From Trichinella spiralis (Eukaryota), in the NCBI RefSeq assembly GCF_000181795.1, contig NW_003526945.1, positions 6,008,129 through 6,063,891 of the forward strand: DNA of 55,763 nt. The letters are read 5' to 3'. This document shows, piece by piece, positions 12,001 through 24,000 of this stretch. Below the pieces are notes generated by a model. That model was not told the DNA's origin and made no database searches. It was given only the letters and a program-made list of their open reading frames with translations. Positions within the stretch are counted from its first letter, which is position 1, and every line of letters starts with the position of its first letter. The position numbers and the translations under genes are program-made.

Positions 12001-15000
12001 ATCATTCATCACGCTAAAGTTGAAGATCAAGGAAATTATCGTTGCGAAGCAGTAAATTTGGCAGGATATGTAAGCTCTAAAGCTCCTGTTTCTGTTTTTG
12101 GTAAGTGTAATTTGTACTGAGCAAATTGAATTTGTTACAAAACAAAAGAAACGTTTAGCTATTGAAGATGAAATGCAAATGGAAACGTTGCAAAACTTAG
12201 AATTTACACAACCTCTTCATCATCGCATATCTGATGATGACGTTCGATCTGTCATTTTTGAGGTAAACATTGATTTTAAATCTGGCATAATTTCGTACTT
12301 AAAGTTTTGTTATTCAGTGCCAAGTTGCAAGTCCATCACCAGCAACAGTTTATTGGTATAAAGATGGAGTGCCAATTGAAATGGAAGAGGCGCATTCAAT
12401 AGAATCATTCCCTGACGGTTTGCAAAAGCTGATATTAAAAAATGTCACTTCAGAAATGGCCGGCCATTATACATGCAAAGTGAAAGTAAATCAAGTGGAA
12501 ATAAAAACAGACGATGACCTAAAAGGTAAATAATATTAATCTGTACAATTTTATTGTTCATTTTATTAATAACCATTAGATTTATTGCGAATTATTTATT
12601 TTTATATGTTATTTATTATGTGTAATTATTTTTAAGATGCTGCTTATTGAGTAACAACTTTTAACTTCTTTCTTATCATGCTAAAAAATACTTTGAAACT
12701 GCACTATAGTATTTTTTTGTACTGATTTTCTCAATCATTCAATAATAACTTTGTAATCGGATGCTTAAAACGTGAATTCTTGCATTGTTTGAAGTTTGTT
12801 AAAGTCGGTTGCATGATTACGGATAAACGTTATTATTGAAATAAAATTAAAATCGAGTAATAACACCAGTGCAGTGATTGTTAACAGCCGCAGCTGTTTG
12901 CAACTTTAATATTTGCTTTACTGATCTGTTTGGATGCTTATTTAAAAAAAAATGCTTCTTCCATTCTTTGTAAAATCTAAAAGTGAAATATTGATGTAGT
13001 TTCTGAAGCCGCGGGATTGTTGGAATTTAGCCACGGTTTGAAGAACCAGAGTGTTAAAAAAGGCAGTACTGTTGTCATGAAATGCCAGATTAACTTGCGA
13101 AATCGCAAACAGCTACCTACAGTGCGATGGTAATTTATTCTTTTGCATCTAATTTTTCTGACATAAATATAAATTGGCAGGTATAAATCTGGGAAAGAGA
13201 TCCTGGCAGACAAGCGCACAGAAATTAATTCTTTTCCTGATGGTGTATGCACACTAACTATAACCAAAACTGAAGAAGAAGACGAAGGAAACTATACGTG
13301 CATTATATCTGATGGCTCGTTATCTGTCAAAACTGAAGCTACTTTGACAGTAATTGTTGAAGGTATTTATGATAAATTGTTAATAAATAACTGGCTATTT
13401 ACAAAATGTTATAGTTGAACTTTATTGTTTTTTGTTGCAATAGATAATTATTGAAAATTCATTAAATTCAGCTCAATACATTAAAAAATTCTAAAACGCT
13501 TCAGTCGCTGTTACTTTTATTTGTTCTTTACTTAATTGCACTGATTTTGGTTTTAGAAGAAAAAAAGCTTTCGATAACAAAGCCTTTAGAAGATACCGTG
13601 GTTCCATTTGGTAGAGATTTGACTTTAGAAATTGAGATTCAAGGGCAATTTGAAAGTGTCAAATGGTATGAAATTAAACGCAGAGTTTATTTGTTTCACC
13701 ATATTCGCTTTTAGGTATCATGGAAATAAGGAACTTCGAAATAGTCAACGTGTAAAAATTGAAGAAACCGACTCGATTCTAAGTTTGTTTGTAAAACAAG
13801 CAGATGAAGAAAGCGCCGGAGAGTATAGCGTAGTAATACAAATGGGTCAAGAAACTGTGAAAAGCACAGCTCAAGTTTGTGTTGAACGTGAGTCACATTC
13901 AATTAGGATTGTGGATTAGTCTATTTATATGCCCTTTTGTTGTTTTCATATATTTTTGTTTTGTTCACACTTCTGAAATTTGATGAACTTTACATATGAA
14001 TCTTAACTGAAATTTATGAAATTTTAGCTATTCCTCCTTTGAAAATCACTGAAGGATTAACTGATTTGACAATTCAATTAAACGATGCGCTGCAGCTTTC
14101 TGTAAAATTGACTGGTTTACCAGAAAAAGTGGAATGGTTCAAAGATGGAGTAAAGCTTAAAAACAGTCGAACATTACGCATGGAATCTCAAGATGATGGC
14201 TTATATACTTTGATTGTGCAAAATTCAAGCATTAAAGATGTAGGACGTTATGAATTCAAGGCAACAAATAAAGACGGCTCTGTCGAATCAGATGCACTGA
14301 TTAAAATAAAATCTGAAAGTGATGACAAACCAAAGGATGAAGATGCAGCCCTTGCGCTTGTTAAAGGCTTGACAAATCAGAACGTTAGTGATGGAGAACC
14401 CTTTGAACTGCGTGCCAAATTCAGTCGAAAACCCAAAGAAGTCAAATGGTATGAATTTTTAGTTGAGGAAGAATTTTTTTTTATTACAAAATGCTATTTT
14501 TACTTTCAGGTATAAATCAGGGAAGCAGATTCTTCCATCTAAGAGAGTTAAGATCTCTTCTGATGGCTTAGAATTTATCCTTGAAATTACAGATGCAAAA
14601 GAAGATGATTCTGGAAAATATGAAATAGAAGCGTTCGATGACAAAGGCTCAGTTAATAGTTCAGCTGATGTAAATGTGAAAGGTGCCTTGCAATCTTAGT
14701 TGTTTTTAACATTTTAAAAATATAAGTTAACCTGCACTTTTAATTGTACTGTACTGTATTGTAATATTTAATGTTTATTAACTATTATAGGGTGTTAAAA
14801 ATGTGTATGCGTCATTACAAAATTATTACTTGTTATATATTACAGGAACAGTTCCGTTGAAAATAAATGATGGATTGAAACCTGTAGAACTATTTTCGGG
14901 TGAAACAATCAGATTAGCAGTCAACATGGTAGGGTCTCCGGACTCAGTGGATTGGTCAGTTATTTATTAGTTATTGAATATGAGCACTATTTATAAAAAT

Positions 15001-18000
15001 TTATTTAGGTTCAAAGATGGCAAAAAATTAGAAGAATCAGCAAACTGTGAATTTTCTGCCGCAAATGGAATTTATGAAATGACAATAAAAAACTGCAGCA
15101 TGAATGACAAAGGCAGTTATGAATTTCAAGCTTCAAATTCTAAAGGAGATGTTTCTTCTTCGGGAATAGTCAAAATTAAAGCGCGTGATGATGAGAAACC
15201 AAAAGATGAAGACGTTGCTTTAACGCTAGTGAAGGGACTGAGCGATCAGCAAATAAATTTTGGAGATACTTTAGAACTTAAAATTAAACTTAATCGAAAG
15301 CCGCACCGATTTATATGGTATAGAATGGGTTCAGTATATTACTGTATAATTATTATTTAATAAATATGCGTTCAGGTACAAAAATGGGAAAGAAATAGAA
15401 CCTTCTCCTAGAGTTAAAGTGGTAGAGAAGGAGTCTGAAGTCGGTTTGATTATCACGGATGCAACTGAAGATGACGCTGGAGCGTACAAAATTGTTGCAG
15501 AGCTTGGTTCTGCAGCCGTTGACAGTTCAGCTGACGTTGCCGTCAAAAGTGAGATTATTGTTTCATTAATCAAACTTCGTGCTTGTTACTTTTTAATACT
15601 GTTGCAGAGCTGCTTCAGCCATTGAAAATTTTGAAACCATTAAAGGACCAAAAGTGTACTGTTGGAACAAAAATTACCTTCCTTGTTGAAATTTCTGATA
15701 AACCACAGGCAATCAGATGGTAATGTCACTAGAAAATTGTATTCCGTTCTTCATAACTGAATAATTTTTGCAAATGCAGGTACAAAAATGGTAAACAAAT
15801 TGCAGAGTCAAAACGTGTTGTGATGCAGTCAATGACAGATAAGTTGCACAAATTAGAAATTGATTCAGCAGAACTAGATGACGAAGGCATTTACTCTGTT
15901 GAAGTGGAAAACAAATCAGGAATGGCAAAATCTGAAGCTATGTTGAACATTCTGGACGATCACTCTCAGAAGCCGTCATTTAAAATATTGCGTGATTTAG
16001 AAAATCAAGAAGTTACTCAAGGGGAAACTGTGCTTTTTTCGGTTGAATTTTCTCAGGTTCCGAAAACCGTGTCATGGTAAGCTTATTTTATTTAATTAAT
16101 AAATCGAACTGGGTTAGTTAAACATTTATGCTGCTGCTCAGTTGTGAACAGCACCTTGAAGCTTCATCGTATTTCATTGCAAAAATCTATTTTAGGTACA
16201 AACATATGGAAAAAATTTCTCCAGATGAAAAGATTAAAATTAACTTTCCTAAAAGTACTCACTGTGAGCTAGAACTTCACAATGCATCACTTGAAGATAT
16301 ATCAGCATATCGTGTAGAGGCCATGGATGAATATGGAAACGTGGTGTCATCTGCTGCAGAATTACATGTTCAGCGTAGGTTATCATTTCATTAAATGCAC
16401 ATTATTGTTTGTTTATTCATGCAATTTTAACAGTTGCAATTGTTTTATCATTTATTAAGTTTTGTTTTGTGTTCACTTGTGATATCTGCTGCATTTTGTT
16501 GAAGATATTTAAATGTTATGCTTCAATTTTATTGCATTTCATTTTTATGTTAAACATTTATATTTTAGGTAGCCCAGATGCTCTTGAAATTCTCAAAGGC
16601 TTAGAAGATATACAGATTGTACCGGGAGAAACTGCTACTTTTAAAATTCAGGTGAAAGGAAAGCCTAAATTTGTGAAATGGTGGGTACTTTGCACAGTAT
16701 GTTAGATGAGATGAATAATAACATTTTTTTAGGTATAAAAACGGAAGAATTTTATCTGGAAATGATAAAGCAGTGGCAAAATCTTTGGATAATGGAAATT
16801 ATATTTTAACAATAGAAGATGCTTCAGAAAATGATCAGGCAGAGTACAAATGTGTTCTTGAAAATGATTTTGGTTCTGTGGCATCTGAAGGGAAGTTAAC
16901 TGTTGGAAAAATACAAAAATTAGAGAGCGATGAGATAAAAGACAAAGGATTATTGAAGTTGCTGAGAGGACTGTCAGACCACTCAGCAGATGTGGGCAGT
17001 AAAGTTGAATTTTCAGTTCAGCTTCAAGGTTTTCCTGAAAACATTAGCTGGTTTGCAAATGGTAGGCTTATTGAGCCACATTATTGCAATACTGAAATGC
17101 TGCCAAATGGCGAGATATTGTGCAAATGTTGCATACCTGCTGTCAAAATGGATGATGCGGGAATATTGAAATTTCAGGCATCAAATTCAAGTGGAACAGT
17201 GAATTCTGAATGCACGTTGAAAGTGACCGGTATATCCTTATAAACATAATTATATCTAATATATAATCCTATATAATTATATTAAGGAAATAATTATATT
17301 TTATAATAATCTAACTGCTTATTATTTTTCCCAATTAATAATTACATAACGATTGATCCCATATGTAATATGATATGATATGGTTGTAAAGTAATCACAA
17401 AAATTTTATTTCTTAATTAAGTTTAAAAGTTAATGAATTGTGATGTCTTCAGGTTATCCGCCAAAATTCCTCCGTGGTCTTACTGACAGAACTACAGCAC
17501 CGAAATGTCGTATAGTATTAGAAGTTGAAATCGACCCAAAACCCAATTCCATAAAATGGTATAAAGATAATGCCATTTTAAAAAGCACATCAAAAATGGA
17601 AATGATAACTGTGGACAGTAATACTTATCAGTTGATTTTGAATGACATTGACCGTGCAGATGCTGGAAGTTACTCTGTTGAAGTTACTAATGAATTTGGT
17701 AGCGCAAAATCAACTGGAAAACTGTCTGTGTCAAGTAAGCAGAAAAATGTTCAAACAATATGTATGTTATTGCAAATAATAATTTTAATTGCTGTAGGTA
17801 CAGCAGAAAAACCACTGAAGCCAAAAATAACTGATGGGCTGAAAAACGTATCTGTACTTGAAGGTGAAAATGCCGCATTTTCTGCTACAATAGAAGGGAA
17901 GCCTACGACTGTTAAATGGTAATTTCGTTTACCATTATGATGCTTTGTTTTTATAGTCTTAGTTGATGCACCATTTTGAAAATTTAATTTACTGTTTAAC

Positions 18001-21000
18001 AGTCTTTTTAATGTTGTGCAGCTTGTTTTAAATGTTACTAAAAGATAAATTTCTTGTTATATTACAAAAATTAGTGATGTGGAAGTTCTTCAGGTATCGA
18101 AATGGAATTGAATTGAAGGCAGGACCAAACATTGAAGTGAAACAGTTGGACGACGCCACGTACAAGCTTATTTTAATTAACTGTGATAAAAGCAAAGAAG
18201 GAGTTATCAAAATAGTTGCTTCCAATGATAAAGGTTCTGATTATTCAGAAGCCCAATTGTCAGTTGAAAGTATGTGCTTGATTTTTGTTTATTGATGCTA
18301 GCTTTATTATATAAAAAAATTTAGTTCCGGTTATGAAAAAAGTTTCTGATGATGGCATTGGAGCAAAATTTGTAGTACCTTTAGAAAATATACGTGGTAA
18401 CGAAAAGGAATCATTAAAATTAACATGCAAAGTAAAAGGACAGCCATTCCCAAAAATTACTTGGTAAGTTAGTATTTGATTTGTTTGATTATTTATGCAG
18501 CGAAATACTTTTTCTTAGTTAAAAATGAAATATTGTAATTTGCTTAACAACTTTAAGAATGTAGTTCAAATGAGTGCAGAAAAACAACATGGAAAATGTA
18601 TCTTTAAAAAATATTACAATGTTTTAGAGCACTTTAACTTTTTATGAGGTTTAATTTGTCAAATAATGATTTCAGGTTAAAAGATGGTCAACCATTGCCA
18701 GCAGATTCAAGGATAGTGGCTGAAACAGACGTTGATGGAACGTGTACATTAAATATTTCCTGTGTGATACCAGATGATGCGGGAATGTACGCTTGTGTTG
18801 CTCAGAATCATATGGGAAAAGATCGCACTGAATGTGAAATGAAAGTTGGCGGTACAGGCATTTTCTACGTTTTATCATCTTTAGGATGTGCAGCTTTTGA
18901 TTATTTAAGCTTCTTACTCAATTTAGACGGTAATGGTTACGTAGAAATTATTATTTGGGTGCATTTTGCTTTTGATATCTGAACTTTAAGTAGTGCTTTT
19001 AATGGCTGACTGAAAATGAAGTTCATTATTTTGTGCATTTTTATCTTCTTGTAGTTTAATGATCATTTTCAAGTATGCACTCAGTCAGTTTTTATGCTTA
19101 GTCACATTTACAGTTTTCATCGTTTTTTATTAATAAACTAATCTAGCCTGCATGCATTTCATATGAAATTTTTTAGAATTTAAATGCTGCTATGCAATTT
19201 AGATAGTAAAGGTTGTAATTTAATGGCCATTTCATGTAATAAGGCTTTTCCATTTAAGGTTATAGTACTTTAAACAGAAGCGTTAATTAGAGCTGTTGAA
19301 GAAAGTGATAGAGTAGTAATACGCACTATAACAGGATTTAATATAGTGTCATTTTAACCTCTAGTTTCATAACGTCATTTTTGCTAAAACAATGCATATT
19401 TGCATAATTTTTCTGGACTTTATTATTTCACAAATCAAAACAGAACACGTGTTATAATTAATCATTGCTTATGTTTGCACAGATCTTTTAAAATGCAGAA
19501 CGTTGCCTTCTTCTGCTAGGAAAGGAATGTTAAAGTTAAGAAGGTATAGCAAGAAGCGTTGTTTATGAGAAGAAACACTATCTCTTACAATAAAAAATGT
19601 AACTTGTTTGACACGTGCGATCTGAATAATAGTGTAACAAGAGGCTGAGCTGTTTGCTAAGCACGATGTTGATGTCAGTGTTGTCGACTGTTTGGAAAAC
19701 AGACATGTCATTGGACAGCATGTCAGGCATACAAAGCACTATTCAATGCCTGTAAGCAATTTTTTAGTTTAAAGAAAGCTCAAAAGCAATAGTGTAGGCA
19801 ATATGTTGTCTGAAGTGGTTGACTATCAGATAGATCACTTACAGGTAATGTCTTCTGCAGTGTAACATGATATGCATATGAATTGAAATGTTTCAGGACT
19901 TGAATACTTTTGCACTGAACACAGTGAACGAGTTTTACAACACTTTTTATTCATATCCAAATGAAAATTTTTTGAAAGATGTTAATTTAGATGTGCGTGC
20001 TTCAGAAGAACTGGACTCTGGTATGGCTCCACAGTTCATCAAACCTCTGCGCTCAAACAGTGTTATCGAGGGTGAAAATCTCATACTTGAGGTAGCTGTT
20101 TAATGAAATGTTATCTGGTTTTAATAAAATATCCATTATAGGCAAGAATTATTGGCAATCCATTACCGTCAGTTTGCTGGTAACTGCTCATTTTACATAT
20201 ACTTATTGAGTTATTAGTATCAGATTTTTCTGTTGACTGTTGTTATCTGTTTACACTGTATGCGGCTATGTTGCATAACTGTTATAAATGGTTAAATATA
20301 TATATTTCATTTGAAGTTGGCATGAAATGATGCTGTTTGCTATTATCCCTCTTACTTCTTGATGTGTGCTTAATTGATTTGTTTTTATTCGTAACTCATG
20401 TTTATAAATGTACTGATCTGTATAGCGCAAAAAATTCTGTTTCAGCAAATATTTCTTATTTTTATTTTAGGTACGTTAATGATAAAGAGGTGGTTCCAAA
20501 TGAGCGTGTAGAGGGGAAAATTGAATGTATTGCCAACGAAGTTGTATTTCTGCTTCAAATTAAAAATGCTCGTCCAGAAGACGCGGCAAATTATAAATGT
20601 GAAGCAACCAATCCGTATGGGACACAATACAGCGAGGCTTCTGTTACAGTTGAAAGTAAATGCTCACGCTGTGAAATACTTTGAATGTTATTTTGTGAAA
20701 AATATATTTATATTTTAGTTCCAAAGCCCGCAGATCAAGTTGCTCCTAAATTTGTAATTCCTTTGGTTGATATGCGTGCAAATGAAGGAAAGACTTTGCG
20801 CGCTGAAGTTAAAGTCCGTGGACGACCAACTCCGGAGTTAACATGGTCTGCATATTTTTTTTATTTTATAATTCAATTGCAGTATTATTGCATATTTATA
20901 ACGTTACTGATGAGGATTTTAAATTATGCGTAACTCATATTGCAATGTTAAGGTTCAAAAATAAAGTACCTCTAACACCTGAGGAAGAGGGATTGCACAT

Positions 21001-24000
21001 AGACAGCTTGGGAGAAGGTAGATGGTTGTTGACAATGAATAAAGTTACTGCTGATGCATCTGGATTGTACGAATGTGTAGCAACGAACAAACTCGGCACT
21101 GATCAATGCAGTGCTGTATTCACAATTAAACGTGAGATGGGTTCCATTATAGTGCGCTAAATAAATGTAAAGTTATTTTCAGCATCGAAAAGCAATCGCA
21201 AACGTGATGATAACTTTTATGCCCCTGTATTTAACGTACCTTTACATGACCGGCGCCTTCCTGAAAAATCTGTTATGGTAATTGAATGCTTCGTTGACGC
21301 AAATCCAAAGGCAACAATTCACTGGTAAATAAACTGACCATAAATGAGTTGAAGCAAATTTAACCGTTGTGATAATATAATGACTCGAAACTCTACTGAA
21401 CTGTGTGTATTTATACTTATATTATAACACTTTTCTGCAGGTATAAAGGTGATCAGCTCCTTGAAGAAGATGCTCACGTTCAAATGGAAACATACCCTGA
21501 TGGAAAGTGTCGGTTGCGAATACAATACTTTTCTGAGTGTGATGCAGGTTTTTATCGATGTACTGCTGAAAATGAAATTGGATCGGCAACTACTTCAGCA
21601 TATTTATCAGTAGAAGGTATGTTGACTAACGATTATTCGCATCGCAGTATAGTCTGTGATGTATATATATATATATATGTTTAGTGGAGAGAGAAAGAGA
21701 AGTTTCAAAAAAGACAGAATATGCACCATTTTTTACAAAACTGCTGCAAGACACTAAAACATCACTTGACCTTCCAGTTTGTATAGATTGCGTAGTCAGA
21801 GGTGTTCCATTTCCAGAAATTCGATGGTAATCACCTCCAGTCTGAGGATTGATAACTTGTGGACTAGTCTGATACTATTTTAGGTACAAAGACGGTATGG
21901 CTATTACGAGCAGAGATGTAAAAACAGAATTATTCGAAGACGGCAGGTGTTGCCTAACTATTGACAAAGTAGATCAATCAAATTTGGGAGCATATCGATG
22001 CGTTGCTAGTAATGTGCACGGCTCAAGTAGTTGTGCATGCATGCTCATTAGTGACAGTAAGCAATTTCACTGTAAATTTACTGTAAAAATATTACAGTAT
22101 TGTAATATGAAAATAATCTCTTTACAGCTTTGAAAGCCGACAAAAAAGTAGAACAAAATGCTCCTTGGTTTTCAAAAACTTTAACTGATACATGGGTTGA
22201 AAAAGGATCTGATTTGATGTTAACCTGTAAAGTTGACGGTGATTTTCCAATGGAGATTAAATGGTAATTATTTATTTAATACTTTTTGACGATTAAATCA
22301 AAACAGTGATGGTAAATGTTTTAGGTACAAAGACGGAAAGTTACTGCGCCCATCCGATCGAATGTCAATGACGTTTGATGATGATGGAACAGTTACTTTG
22401 AAGATTCTGCGATGCAGCTACGCTGATGAAGGATTGTATCGTTGCGTGGCTGAAAATTCAGTCGGTACTGCCAACAGCATGGGAGTTGTTTCCGTTCCAG
22501 GTAATAATTGTAAATCTGCCTTTCTTCTCAACTTAATTTACGTATGCTGTAGTGGCTATGGAAAAACAAAATTTCATTTTGCCTGAAGGGGTGGCTCCTC
22601 AGGTAATTGTTCCTTTGGAGAATGAACGCTGCACTGAAGGTGATCGGTTGGAACTGAATTGTCAGTTTTCTGGAAGCGATTTACAAATTCGATGGTTCAA
22701 AGACGGACTGACTGTTAGTTCTGATGGTCATATAAAACTGGAAAATGCAGAAAATGGCTGGTCTAAACTTATAATACCATCACTAATGTTAAAAGATGAG
22801 GGCTCGTATCGTTGCGTTGCTAGCAATGAGTTTGGTTCTGCAACTACTAAAGGATTCGCTCGTGTTGAATGTAATAATTTCCCATGTTTTTTGAAATATC
22901 ATTATTTGTTGTTTGAAATTTAGTTGTTTCAATGAGTGAATTGCTGCGAGCAAAGAAACCAAAAACAACTCTGATCGATTTTACAGTACCATTAAGAGAT
23001 TTACGTCTGATGGATTCGCATCCTCTTTTGCTCGAATGCATATGCAGTTCTGGTGAAACTCCTGAAATTAAATGGTGCTTCATACTTTTCAGTTTCATCA
23101 TGATCTTTCATTTTATTTTAATTTCATAGGTACAAGGATGGCGATTTGCTCCAAGAATCTGACCGCGTCATTATTGAAAATTTGCCTGACGGAAAATGCA
23201 GACTTAAAATTCACAGCTGTACACCTGATGATGAAGGATTGTATCGTTGCGTTGCAGAAGACAGTTCAGGATCAGCAAATACAAAATCGAGAGTCATAGT
23301 AAAACGTACTGAAGTTTGCAAATGTATTCTGATTTTATTAAGCAATGTTAATATGTGTACATTTCAGCATCTTTTATTGGGGAAGATTTATCTCACCGCA
23401 GAAGCATAGCAGGCAAAGCACCACACTTTATCGAGCCTCTCACTTCGCAAAAGCTCACACAGGGATCACATCTCCGCTTGGTTTGCCGTGTTGATGGTGA
23501 TCCAATGCCATCGATTCGATGGTAGCATGTTGTGTATAAAGTAGATTTACAGTTAAGTCATATTTTCCACTTTGTCAGGTTAAAAGATGGAGATCGCATT
23601 TACTCTGGTGGTCGACATCAAATGAATACTTCACCAGATGGTTTAGTTGAATTAATTATAACCAATGCATCTCCGTGGGATTCAGGATGCTATCGGTGTT
23701 TGGCTGAAAATGAACATGGATCAGCTAGAACAATAAGCGATGTACGAGTTGACAGGCTGAGCAAAAAACCAGCTGTTGATTGGGAAGAGGAGATCAAGCA
23801 TGGAAGGGCTCCAGGATTTATTCGACCTCTAACAGTGAAGCGCGTCATGGAAGGGGATACGATCACACTGGAGTGTTTGCCATTTGGAAATCCGTTTCCT
23901 GAAATACGGTGGCTGAAGGATGGTGTTGAAGTGTCACCGAATGAGAGAATCGATATTCAACAAGGAGAAGATGGATGGCAGCGTTTAATTATAAAAGATG

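Noticed and set aside
4139..19154. Intronic TGCATG (RBFOX-type) motifs at 4139, 5762, 8943, 11217, 12810 and 19149 as proof of regulated splicing
   Set aside because: The count is not clearly above chance for this base composition without a formal enrichment test.
21662..21678. (TA)n microsatellite; similar (TTA)n near 37148-37168 and (ATATT)n near 6378-6400
   Set aside because: Short intronic simple repeats are ordinary in an AT-rich genome.
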